Shown here in pieces: positions 1 to 11,088 of a stretch of DNA of 64,000 nucleotides. This DNA comes from Chiloscyllium plagiosum (taxonomy: Eukaryota). The position numbers and the translations under genes are program-made. Below the pieces are notes generated by a model. It did not search any database and was not told the DNA's origin. It was given only the letters and a program-made list of their open reading frames with translations. Within the stretch, counting starts at the first letter, position 1, and every line of letters begins with the position of its first letter. The DNA lies in contig NC_057720.1 of assembly GCF_004010195.1 (NCBI RefSeq), positions 28,160,821 to 28,224,820 on the forward strand, read 5' to 3'.

Positions 1-146
1 GATCGGCCGGGGCAGTCAGGTTTGTGGATTTTGGGCAGGAGGTAGAAACGGGCGGTGCGGGGTTGTGGGACTATGAGGTTGGAGGTGGTGGATGGGAGAT
101 CCCCCGAGGTGATGAGGTTATGGACGGTCTGGGAGATAATGGTTTG
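1..146 (-). mobile_element. Penelope-like element RT fragment
   Basis: Reverse strand reads QTIISQTVHNLITSGDLPSTTSNLIVPQPRTARFYLLPKIHKPDCPG. FYLLPKIHK is the PLE RT motif, and the same sequence occurs on + at about 63220-63350. Confidence 0.85.
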
Positions 147-327
147 TTTGTAGTACCTATCACATTTCCGACGCCCCTCCCCCAAGTCCCTCCTCCCTAC
201 CTTTTATCTTAGCCTGCTGGACAAACTTTCCTCATTCCTGAAGAAGGGCTTATGCCCGAAACGTCGATTCTCCTGTTCCCTGGATGCTGCCTGACCTGCT
301 GCGCTTTTCCAGCAACACATTTCCAGC
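147..327 (+). mobile_element. PLE terminal repeat (pLTR) 3' portion, inverted relative to the adjacent RT fragment
   Basis: Matches the 3' terminal repeat of the GIY-YIG PLE at 19885-20113 (…GATGCTGCCTGACCTGCTGCGCTTTTCCAGCA…). Confidence 0.8.
238..265 (+). ncRNA. Minimal type I hammerhead ribozyme motif (PLE-associated)
   Basis: CTGAAGA-A-GGGC-TTAT-GCCC-GAAA-CG-TC: intact catalytic boxes, 4-bp helix II, palindromic ACGT in place of helix III. Helix I pairing is weak. Confidence 0.7.
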
Positions 328-468
328 ATTGAAATCCCCCACCCAAGGTACACTTTATGCCCTTGCCATCCTAAGTGCTTCCTCTGAGTGTTGGTTCAGC
401 GTGGAGGAGTACTGATTCATCAGCTTAGGGAGGACAGTATGTAGTAATCAGGAGATTTTCTTGTCCAT

Positions 469-661
469 GGGCGGCATGGTGGCACAGTGGTTAGCACTGC
501 TGCCTCACAGCGCCAGAGACCCTGGTTCAATTCCCGCCTCGGGCAACTATCTGTGTGGAGTTTGCACGTTCTCCTCTGGGCGCTTCGGTTTCCTCCGTGT
601 GGACTTGTTGGGCCGAAGGGCCTGTTTCCACACTCTAAGTATTCCAAGTAACCTAATCTAA
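469..661 (+). mobile_element. HE1-like tRNA-derived V-SINE, internally deleted
   Basis: GGGCGGCATGGTGGCACAGTGGTTAGCACTGCTGCCTCACAGC head, GTGTGGAGTTTGCAC V-domain, GGCCGAAGGGCCTGTTTCC tail ending in AATCT repeats. Confidence 0.85.
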
Positions 662-967
662 TGATTAACCTGAAACCATGAGACTTCATGGGGTCCAGAG
701 TAAATGTTGAGGACCCCCAGACGAATTCCCTCCTGACTGTATACTACTGTGCTACCACCTCTGCTGGGTCTGTTCTGCCAGCGAGAAAGGGCATGTCTGG
801 GGATGGGGATGGTGATGTTTGAGGTATTGTCTGTAACGTTTGATTCAATGAGTATGACTATGTCAGGCTGTTGCTTGACTAGTCTGTGAGACAGCTCTCT
901 CAGTTTTGGAACTAGCCCCCAGATGTTAGTGAGGAGAACTTTGCAGGGTTAATAGTACTGTTCCTGT

Positions 968-1875
968 ATTGAAAAGTGTGGTGCTGGAAATGCTCAGCTG
1001 GTCAGGCAGCATCCGAGGAGCAGGAGAATTGAGCGTGGGTTTGGGGGGAAGATAGCTGGGAATGTGATATGTAGGTGGTGGTGTAGGTGAGTAGGGTGGA
1101 GTGGATCGGTGGGAAGGAAGATGGACAGGTAGGACAGTTCAAGAGGGCAGTGCTGAGTTGAAAGGTTGGATCTGGGAAAACATTGGGGGAGGGGAAATGA
1201 GGAAACTGGTGAAATCTACATTGATCACGTAGTTGGCGGGCCCCATGGTGGAAAATGAGGCGTCAAGTGGTTAGGGTTTGGAGCAAGACTCACGTGTCCT
1301 TAGCGGAGTGAGGGGGGAGTTGAAAATGTCTGTCAGGTGCTTGAGTGGCTCTTAGTACAACCTGCAGCCAGTCATTTCTCACAGTTCACCTAATGATATA
1401 TACTCCTAAAATAAAAACGTATTATCAACCTTGCAAAGGGTGGTGCGTGTCCTGGAGATGTTCCCTGAAACATTCCGCAAGTTGGTTTCCTGTCTCTCCA
1501 GTGCAAAGGAGACCACATTGGGAGTAATGGACACAGTAGATGACATATGTGGAAGTATAGGTAAATCTATGTTGGATGTAGAAGGATCCTTTGTGGCCTT
1601 GGACAGAGGTAAGTGAGGAGGTGTGGGAGTAGGTTTTGCACTTCTTGCAGTGGCAGGGGAAGGTGCTGAGAGGGTGGGTTGGTGGGGTGTGTGGACCTAA
1701 CAAAGAAGTTGCGGAGGGAATGGTCTCTCTGGACCGCAGACAGGGCTGGGGAGGGAAATATATCCCTGGCGGTGGGGTCTGTTTGTAGGTGGCGGAAATT
1801 GTGGAGAATGATTGCGATGTATCCGGAGGTTGATGGGGTAGAAGGTGAGGACAAGGGTGTTCTGTCCTTGTTACG
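968..1875 (-). mobile_element. Decayed PLE 3' region (GIY-YIG endonuclease + pLTR)
   Basis: ORF 1425..2030(-) contains CKKCKTY and VIYCVHYSQCGLLCTGETG…FREHL. 968-1330 matches the pLTR of the 18441-20112 element. Confidence 0.8.
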
Positions 1876-2476
1876 ATTGGTCCAGAGGTTGGTGGGGTAC
1901 TATTGTCTTTTCTGGTGCCCTGGTCGATGCCAGGTGATCTGTCTGGTTTCATTTCTTTGAGACTGAGCAGCGATTGGTACAACTGAGTAGTATAATTCGA
2001 CCATTTCAGAGGGCATTGAGAGTCAACCATTTTGCTGTGGATCTGGAGTCACATGTAGGCCAGGCCAGGGGAGGTTGGCAGATTTCCTTCCCTGAAGGAC
2101 ATTAGTGAACAAGATGGGTTTTTCTGACAATTGACAATGATTTAATGGTCACCAGTAGATTCTTGATTCCAGATTTTGTTTTTTATTATTGAATTCAATT
2201 TCCACCATCTGCCACAGTGGTGAATTCGAACCTGGGTCCCCAGAACATGATCTGAGTTTCTGGATTAATAATCTTGCAATAATACCACTAGGCTATCACC
2301 TACCCCTAAGTTTACTTAGGACTTCACTTATTTTTTGAATTTCTTTGTGCTAAGATTGTTAACATAGATTAATTGAGTTCTGTAATTGTTTTCTTTATTT
2401 CTTGCTATATTGCCTTTTTCTTAAATCAACCTCTTCAGACATGTTCATTTCTCAAAGAAATGAAACCAGACACAAC

Positions 2477-2545
2477 TCCATGGCAACTGAGACTCGAACC
2501 TGGACTTTCTGGTCCAGAGGTAGGTACACTACTACTGCACCACTC
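2477..2545 (-). mobile_element. Short tRNA-derived SINE head
   Basis: Reverse complement has A-box-like GTGGTGCAGTAG and B-box GGTTCGAGTC. A similar piece lies at about 54735-54828. Confidence 0.5.
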
Positions 2546-3680
2546 TAAACATGATAGTTTTCTAACTTTTCAATTCATGAAATCTTAGATTTATCTTAGC
2601 AATTGCCAGAAGTGTTTATGGAATAGAGAAGGATCTATATATTTGATGAAGCCAATTTTAATTTTTAATTAAAATATTTTATAGATCTTCAGCAATACTG
2701 GTGGAAATTGAATTCTCAAAACATTAAGAATCCCAACGCTATAAAACCTGATATGGTTGTGATGGAGAATGATGGAACAATAGATTTTCAGTGTAGCGAT
2801 GTTGTGTTGTATGTCTCAAGTGGAAAATGCAATACATTTAATTCACATGGTTGGTGATCTGCCTCTGAGCTGATCGTCTCTAGTTTTTATGCATATTTGT
2901 GCTACATTTAGAATAAAACAGGTTGTAGATCTTAGTTCCCACACTAAAGCAGGACTTCTGGCTTCAATCCTTCATTTGTTTCTATTATCTTGCCTGTTTA
3001 GAAATTGATGTTTGTCCCAGTCTGTGATTCCAGACATACAACATTTTTCAAGCTTTTTCTCCTGCAAGCAGGCAGAAGAAAATTCTCATGCATTCCCTTG
3101 AATTAGTCTGGAGCTGTGGAGAATACTTCAGTGCATTAACCTTTTTCAGTTTTATCTATTTAAAAACATAAATAGGATTTAAAGTACTCCAGTTATTTCA
3201 AAGCATAATAAGTATATTTTAACCAGTTAGGCATAATTGATTTAAAATACCTTTTTGAATATTCAGAATTGAATTCATAACATTTTAAATGTATTGCAAG
3301 TTTTTAAAAGCATTGTTTATGCTCCAAGGATTACCTTATGCAAAGTATTGGATGAAACACATGATTGTGTTTACTGGAGCAGCACGATAATTGGCAGTAA
3401 AAATAACGATTTTTAAATCTCATTTCATGGTGGTGTTTTAACAGTGACTTTGGCAGCTGTCAGAAATTAAGTATGCTATTAGTTTGGGAATACTTAGCTG
3501 GAGTACTTTGTCATTTTTGAAGAAGACAAATATGTATTGGAGATACGGGAGAGTTGATAAGCCTGGTAATATTTGTGTTAGATTATGAATCTAGAAACGA
3601 GCTAATGCTGTCAGGACCCATGTTCAGATGGCAATTGGTGGACTTTGAATTCAATAAATTTCTGGAATTAAGAATGTAAT

Positions 3681-5230
3681 GAATAAAAGAATGACTAGGG
3701 TAGGAATAAAAGAATGACTAGGGTAGGAATAGGTCCAGTCAAGGATAGTAGTGGGAAGTTGCGTGTGGAGGCTGAAGAGATTGGGGAGACATTGAATGAA
3801 TACTTTTCGTCAGTATTCAATCAGGAACAGGACATTGTTGTCAATGTGAGTACTGAGTCACAATTAAGTAGAATGGATGGCTTTGAGGCATGTAGAGAAG
3901 TGTTGTTGGAAATTCTGGAAAGGGTGAAAAGGGTGAACGTCCCCTGGGCCTGATGGCATTTATCCTAGGAATCTCTGGGAAGCAAGGGAGGATATTGCAG
4001 AGCCATTGGCCTTGATTTTTATGTCCTCGTTGTCTACAGGAATAGTGCCAGTAGACTGGAGGATAGCAAATGTGGTTCCCTTGTTCAAGAAGGGGAGTAG
4101 GGATAACCCTAGCAACTATAGGCCGGTGAGTCTCACTTCTGTTGTGGGCAAAGTCTTAGAGAGAATTGTAAGGGATAGGATTTATGAACATCTGGATAGG
4201 AATAATGTGATCAAGGATAGTCAGCATGGTTTTGTGAAGGGCAAGTCATGCCTCACAAACCTTATTGAATTCTTTGAAAAGGTGACAAAGGAGGTTGATG
4301 AGGGGAAAGCGGTAGATGTGGTATACATGGACTTTATTAAGGCGTTTGATAAGATTTCCCATGGTAGACTAATGGAGAAATTGAANNNNNNNNNNNNNNN
4401 NNNNNNNNNNNNNNNNNNNNNNNNNNNNNNNNNNNNNNNNNNNNNNNNNNNNNNNNNNNNNNNNNNNNNNNNNNNNNNNNNNNNNNNNNNNNNNNNNNNN
4501 NNNNNNNNNNNNNNNNNNNNNNNNNNNNNNNNNNNNNNNNNNNNNNNNNNNNNNNNNNNNNNNNNNNNNNNNNNNNNNNNNNNNNNNNNNNNNNNNNNNN
4601 NNNNNNNNNNNNNNNNNNNNNNNNNNNNNNNNNNNNNNNNNNNNNNNNNNNNNNNNNNNNNNNNNNNNNNNNNNNNNNNNNNNNNNNNNNNNNNNNNNNN
4701 NNNNNNNNNNNNNNNNNNNNNNNNNNNNNNNNNNNNNNNNNNNNNNNNNNNNNNNNNNNNNNNNNNNNNNNNNNNNNNNNNNNNNNNNNNNNNNNNNNNN
4801 NNNNNNNNNNNNNNNNNNNNNNNNNNNNNNNNNNNNNNNNNNNNNNNNNNNNNNNNNNNNNTACCCACCTCTGAACACTATGCGTAATTTAGCATGGCCA
4901 ATTCACCTAACCTACCCACCTCTGAACACTGTGGGCAATTTAGCATGGCCAATTCAATTTAGCAAGTGGGCATAGCTTTAAATTAAGATTAAGGGGGGGT
5001 AGGTATAGGACAGATGTTAGGGGTAGGTTCTTTACTCAGCGAGTCGTGAGTTCATGGAATGCCCTGCCAGTAGCAGCGGTGGACTCTCCCTCATTATGGG
5101 CATTTAAGTGGGCATTGGATAGGCATATGGAGGATAGTGGGCTAATGTAGGTTAGGTGGGCTTGGATCGGCGCAACATCAAGGGTCGAAGGGCCTGTACT
5201 GCGCTGTATTCTTCTATGTTCTATATTCTA
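3681..5230 (+). mobile_element. CR1/HER1-like LINE ORF2 fragment with 3' tail (spans the assembly gap)
   Basis: PVDWRIANVVPLFKKG, NYRPVSLTSVVGKVLE, SQHGFVKGKSCLTNL, VYMDFIKAFD; ends in (TTCTATG)n-like tail. Confidence 0.9.
4386..4861. other. Assembly gap (N run)
   Basis: 476 consecutive N. Confidence 1.
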
Positions 5231-5310
5231 TGATGGCCATGAAAATACTGCTGATTGTTGGAAAAACCATCTGGTTCACTAATGTCTTTCGAGTATGGAA
5301 ATTTGTCATT

Positions 5311-7211
5311 GAGCCATACAGCATTGAAACATGCCCTTTGACCCAAATTGTCCATGCCAACCAGGTTTCCTAGACTGAATTAATCCCATTTACCTGCATT
5401 TGCCTCATATCCCTCTAAATCTTTCCTGTCCATTTACCTGTCCAAATGTATTTTGAATTTTGTGATTGTACCTGCCTCTAACACTTCCCCTTGGTAGCTT
5501 GTTCCATATACGCATCATTCTCTGTGTAAATGAAACAAGTCACTTTAAATCTTTAACCCTCATCTTAAACCTATGTCCTCTAGTTTGGACTGCTCTACCC
5601 TGGGGAAAAGACCTTGGCTACTTATCTGAGCTATGCATCCCATGATTTTATAAACATCTGTAAGGTCTTTCCTCAGCCTCCTTTGCACCAGGAAAAAAAA
5701 GTCTCAGCCTATTCAGTTTCTTCTTATAGCTCAAACCCTCCAGTCTCTCTAACATTCTTGTAAATCCTTTTTGCACCCTTTCCAGTTTAATAACATCCTT
5801 TCTCCAGTAGGGCATTGAGAATTGTGCACAGTACTCCACATTTGGCCTTACCAATGTCTTGTACAGCTATAACATGATATTCCAATTTCTGTATAGGGTG
5901 CTCTCATTGATGAAGGCAAATGTACCAAATACAGCCTTTACCATCCTGTCTACCTGTGATGCCACTTTCAAGGAACTATATACCTGCAACCCTTGGTGTC
6001 TTTGTTTGACAACACTCCCCAGGGCCCTACAATTAACTGTGTAAGTCTTTGCCTGACAGGTCTTTCCAAAATGCACCATCTCGCATTCATTTGTGTTAAA
6101 CTCCATTTGTCACTCCTTGACCCACTAGTGCAGTTGATCAAGATCCCGTTGTACTCGTAGATTACCTTCTTCATTGTCCACTATACCACCAATTTTGGTG
6201 TCATCCGTAAACTTACTAACTATGCCTCCTATATTCTCATCCAAATCAATTATATAAATGACGAGCACCAATGGACCCAGCACTGATCCTTGCAGCATAC
6301 TGCTGGCCACAGGTCTCCAGTTTGAGCAACAAGGCATCTGAATGAGTATATGAATAGGAAGGATTTAGAGGGATATGGGTCAAACTAGATTAATATAGGG
6401 TATCTGGTCAGCAAGGGCCAATTAGACCAAAGGGTCTGTTTCCGTGCTGTACATAGCTAAGACTGTAACAATCCTCTACTTCCACCCTCTCTGTCCTACC
6501 GTCAAGTTGACTTTGTATCCCGTTGGCTAGCCCTCCTGGATCCCATGTGATCTAACCTTACTAATCAGTATACTGGGCAAAACCTTGTTGAAGGCCTTGC
6601 TAAAGTCCATGTAGACAATGTTTACCACTCTGTCTTCATCCATCTCTTTGTCACTTCTTAAAAAAAAAACTGAATCAAATTTGTGTGAGACAATTTCCCA
6701 TGCACGAAGTGATGCTGACTATGCCTTTCCACATGAATGTAGATCTTGTCTGTCAGAATCCCCTCCAACAACGTGCCCACTGATGTCAGGCTTACCTGTC
6801 TGTTGTTCCCTGGCTTTTCCTTTCAGCCTTTCTAAAATAATGGCACAACATTAACCATCTTCCAATCTTCTGGCATCTCACCAATGCTTGTCGATGATAC
6901 AGATATCTCCATTAGGACTGTGCAGATTTTTTTCTCGAGCTTTTCACAATGTCCTGGGATGCACCCGATCAGGTCTCAGGGATATATCTACCTTGTTGTA
7001 TTTTAAGACATCCAGCACCTCCTTTTCTGTAATGTAGACTCTTTTCAAGACTTTACTATTTATTTCCCCAAGTTCCCCAGCTTCCATTTCTTTGTCCATG
7101 CTAAGTGCTGATGAAAAATATTCATTTAGGATCTTACCCATCTCCTGTCACTCCTCATGTAGACAACCTTGTGGATCTTTAAGGGGATCTATTCTCTTCC
7201 TAGTTGCTCTC
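5311..7211 (-). mobile_element. CR1-like LINE ORF2 3' portion
   Basis: Minus-strand QGSVLGPL, SKFTDDTK, MEFNTNECEMVHFG, VRPNVEYCAQF. Flanked by TTGTCAT at 5303-5309 and 7212-7218 (candidate TSD). A small + CR1 tail is nested at about 6333-6466. Confidence 0.88.
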
Positions 7212-7714
7212 TTGTCATCCTCATCTGGTGTAGCCTACACGTGACACCAGACCTGCAACAATGTGGTTTATTTTCAAGTGCTCTTTGAAATGGCCGAGCA
7301 AGCCACTCCGTCACATCAATCGCAACAAAGTCTAAACAAAGAAATTAAACTGGACACACCACTTGGCATTGACCTCGGTACCAGACAAGATATTGGGAAA
7401 AAAACATCTCTTTCCACTCGGCAAAGTCTGTCTTACTAACATTTGGGGGTTTAGTGCCAAAACTGGGAGACTGCTAGACTGGGTCTGTGGCGGGTGTTGA
7501 AGAAACCAATAAGAGGGAAAAACATATTGACCTTGTCCTCACCAATCTGCCTGTGGAGGTTATTGAGCCCACTCCTCCTTCACTGAGTGGTTTAGTTGTC
7601 CACCACGATTCAGGACTGGAGAACTAAGATCTGATTTGTCAGTTATGGGATCCCTTAGTTCAGTCTATCAATTGCCGTTTTCTGTTTGGTATACAAGTCA
7701 TGTTGCATCATTAT

Positions 7715-7995
7715 TGAACTTCAGACCACATTTGGAATATTGTGTACAGTTTTGGTCGCCACAGTACCAGAAGGTTTTGGAGAGGGTACAGAAAAAGTTT
7801 ACCAGGATATTGTTGAGTTCGGAGGTATTAGGTATGTGGAGAGATTGGACAAACTTGAAGTCAAATCTGATAGAAATTACGGAATTATGAGAGGTATGGA
7901 TTGATGGATAGTCAGTTACTTTTTCCAGGGTAGAAATGCCAATTTCTAGGGCGTATGGGTTTAAGATAAAAGAGGAAAAGTTTAAATGCGACCAA
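7715..7995 (+). mobile_element. CR1-like LINE 3' fragment
   Basis: RPHLEYCVQFWSP…LERVQKKFTRI. Confidence 0.8.
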
Positions 7996-7997
7996 GA

Positions 7998-8195
7998 AGA
8001 AGAAAGTGAGGACTGCAGATGCTGGAGATCAGAGTTGAAGAGTGTGGTGCAGGAAAAGCACACCCGGTCAGGAAGCATCTGAGGAGGAGCAGAATCGATG
8101 TTTCAGGCATGAATTGTTCATCAGGAATGACCCCGGGTGTTGTGTGAGTTTTAACTTTGTACACCCCAGTCTAATACCGGCACCTCCAAATCATG
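7998..8195. mobile_element. PLE terminal-repeat fragment (-, 7998-8130, decayed hammerhead 8097-8124) joined to a + fragment of probably a second PLE family
   Basis: GAAAGTGAGGACTGCAGATGCTGGAGATC tail shared with 27216, 30836, 44739 and 50651. The second part is assigned from recall only. Confidence 0.7.
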
Positions 8196-8939
8196 TTCCA
8201 TTTAATACAGTGATAGTGCCACACGATACAATGGAGGATATTCTCAATGTGAAAGTGTGACCTTATCACCATAAGAACTGCACAGCAGTCATTCTTACCG
8301 ATACTGGCGTAAGCAGCAAGTGGCAGGCAGACCTAAACAATCCCACAACTAAGTCACAGCAGTGTGTACTATCTACAAGATGCACTGCAGAAATGTACCA
8401 AAGAAATTTAGACAGCACCCACAACCACTTCCATCTCAAAGGCCAAGACCATCAATACACAGGAACCACTACCTGCAAGCTCCCCTCCAGCCACTCATCA
8501 TCCTGATTTGGAATTATATTGCTGGTCTTTCACTATTGCTAAGTCATAATCCTGGAATTCCTTCCCCAAGGGCATTGTGGTCCACCTACAGCAGATGGAC
8601 TGCAGCGGTTCAAGACAGCAGCTCACCACCTCCTTCTCAAGGACTTTTGAGGATGGGTAACAAATGCAGCCAGTGACTCCCTTGGACCATAAGTGATATC
8701 TTAAAAATATATATATATAAATAGTGGAAAAATTCAACTTGCAAACAAAGGAAAATGTCATGATCAAAGATGGTTTACTTCTGAACCATTTAAATTGGGT
8801 TCATACTTGGTTCTTAAACATATCTACATTGTTTGGAGCTTAAAAATCTTCACACATCTTTCCATGTGCTGTTTGTTTCTAAAGCCATTGTGTATCTAGC
8901 TCATAACACTGTAGTTCTAGCTATCTTTTTGCCTTCTAG

Positions 8940-8993
8940 AATGTTTGAAGTTAAAAGGAAGAAAGTAAAGACAAGCTGGAGAAAGGATAAAAG
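8940..8993 (+). CDS. Candidate 54-nt internal exon of an unidentified host gene (…MFEVKRKKVKTSWRKDK…)
   Basis: Acceptor ctatctttttgccttctag, donor AAG|gtaaat, length divisible by 3, purine-rich, only one open frame, in non-repetitive AT-rich sequence. Confidence 0.45.
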
Positions 8994-9956
8994 GTAAATA
9001 TAATCATTTAAGGTATTGAGAAATGTTCCAATTGAATCAATGAACGAATCAAGGTGCAAGCAATCTTCATGTTTTCATTTACTTTAACACAGATTTATAA
9101 TAGACTGTGGTAGAAACAGGCATTTTAAGAATCTAACTTACAGATAATGTCCCAGACACTGCCGCCATCATCCCTGGATATGTCCCACTGTCAGGACAGA
9201 CCAATAGAGGTGGTGGCACAGTGGTTTGCAGTCAGGAGAGAGCTACCCTGGGAAACCTCAACATTGACTGTGGACCCCAAGAAGTGTCAAGGCATCTGCT
9301 ACTGATTGCCACATACCATTCTCCCTCAATTGATGAGTCAGGAGTCCTCCATGTTTAACAACCCATGGAAGAAACACAGAGAGTAGCAAGAACACAAATT
9401 TTACTCTGGGTGGGAGTTTCAATGTTTACCACATCAGCAAAACCACTGATCAAATGGTTGGGTCTGACAGGACTAGCTGCCAGACTGAGTCTGTGGCAGG
9501 TGGTGAGGGAACCAATGAGAGGGAAAAACATACTTAACCTCATCTTTGCCAATCTGCCAGCAGCAGATGCATCTGTCCATGACAGTATTAGTAAGAGTGT
9601 CTCCAGATGAACAGTACGGTGATCAATGTCCTGTCTTCATGTTGAAAATACCTTCCTTTGTGTTTTTGGCGCTATCACCGTATGAAATGGTACAGACATC
9701 AAACAGATCCAGCGACTCAAGACTGGACATCCGTGTGGTGCTATAGGCCGTCAATAGCAGCAGAATTGTACTCCAACACAATGTGCAATCTCATGGCCTG
9801 GAGTATCACTCATTATGATCAAGCCAAGGAATCTACCTGATTCAGTGGAGAGCAGCACCAAGCATACCTAAAATTGAAGTGTTAAAGATGGAGATGATAG
9901 ACATTTCCCCCTCATTTGAAAAGATATCTATCAAGTTGAAATGGTCAAAGTTGAAG

Positions 9957-10100
9957 GGGCGGCACGATGGATCTGTGGTTAGCACTGCTGCCTCGCAGTG
10001 CCATCGTTCGATTCTGGCCTCGGGCGACTGTTTGTGTGGAGTTTGCACATTCTCCCCTTGTCAGTGTGGGTTTCCTCTGCATTAGTCAGGGGTAAATGCT
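9957..10100 (+). mobile_element. HE1-like SINE, partial
   Basis: GGGGCGGCACGATGG…GTGGTTAGCACTGCTGCCTC…GTGTGGAGTTTGCACATTCTCC. Confidence 0.8.
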
Positions 10101-10456
10101 GGTTCCATCACCATCTGCCACACAACCAGTGGAGAGAAATCAGAGTTAATGTTTTGGGTCAAACGATTTTGCCTCAGAACATCCCTGCATGTGTTCCTCA
10201 GGCTAGTGTTGCCAGTCATGTTCAGTTGCTTCATTAATGACCTTCCCTCCATTGTAAGGTCAAGTGGAGATGTTTATCGATGATTGCACAATGTTTAGCA
10301 CCATTAGAGACTCCTCAGGTGCTGAAGCAATCCATGTTCAAATGCAACAAGATCTCAACAATATCCAGGTTTGGGATGACAAATGGTAAAAATACTTGCA
10401 CCACACACGTGCCAGACAATGACTGTCTCCAATAAGACACAATCTAACCACTACTC

Positions 10457-11088
10457 TGATATGGACTAAGCCAGACCATTCAAAACATTCTTAAGCAGGC
10501 AACTCAGACCGTAACTTTGAAATTTGTTTCAGTAAGTGTAGAGTAAAAACTACCCAAAATAAGTTAGCTAGTTTGACTACTAGATTTGAAAACAGACAAA
10601 CATTTATTCACAAAATTACATAATGAAACACAAAGAGCAGAATGAAAAACCCTACAGAACTCAGCCTGTCCAACTAATTATGCTGTTCTGAATATACACA
10701 GCAGTCTCAATAAGCAAACTCCCTTTAAAAACCAGTATAAATGGAACACATGCTTACAGGTTGAAGTTGAAGGGCAGAGAGAGTTTCCACACAGCTCCCT
10801 GTTGAACTTCAAACCAGTTCAAGACTGAACTAAAACTGCTCAGCTCAGCTGGAGAGCTGACCACTCTCCTCTCTTTGTACAGGTCACTTCAAACATGACC
10901 ACTTTAGCCTGAAGTCTCATCTGTTTACATGTAAATAAAAGGCCTCTCAAAATCCTTTTCATCTCTGTACCAAACCAGGCTGGTCGGAGCCCAGTCTGAT
11001 TTATTGCCCCTTAAAAAAAAATCAAGGACAGAATCTCCTTGAGTCAAAGAACAGCTATTAGACATAAAAAAGGACTAGCTTTGTGACA
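10457..11088 (-). mobile_element. Solo LTR (Gypsy-like), about 630 bp
   Basis: Cleanly interrupts the LINE (TCTAACCA…CCCCTTGATATTCAATGG). Ends are TG…CA, with near-identical 4-bp flanks ACTC/ACCC. No coding capacity. Confidence 0.65.

Larger units (their letters stand above)
328..2306 (-). mobile_element. CR1/Zenon-like LINE 5' region (tRNA-like head + APE endonuclease), interrupted by a SINE and a PLE
   Basis: Reverse strand: head with A-box TAGCCTAGTGG and B-box GGTTCGAATTC (about 2220-2300), then 5' body (1880-2200) and endonuclease-like RLVKQQPDIVILIES (about 840-890). Confidence 0.7.
3578..8700 (+). mobile_element. CR1/Zenon-like LINE broken into pieces (3578-3680, 5231-5309, 7212-7550, 8350-8700) by younger insertions
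   Basis: The pieces are colinear with the minus copy at 1880-2306 and with the 3' end at 11400-11745 (…TTCAAGACAGCAGCTCACCACCTCCTTCTCAAGG…). Confidence 0.65.

Noticed and set aside
469..545. tRNA-like sequences here and at other SINE heads
   Set aside because: They continue into SINE bodies and lack a full cloverleaf, so they are not tRNA genes.
4006..4887. Long ORFs of 293, 215 and 169 aa in the ORF track
   Set aside because: Their length comes from translating the N gap; the real part is CR1 RT.
4862..4965. About 51-bp tandem repeat of HE1 SINE sequence
   Set aside because: It abuts the gap, so it may be an assembly artefact or a SINE slippage product. No independent support.
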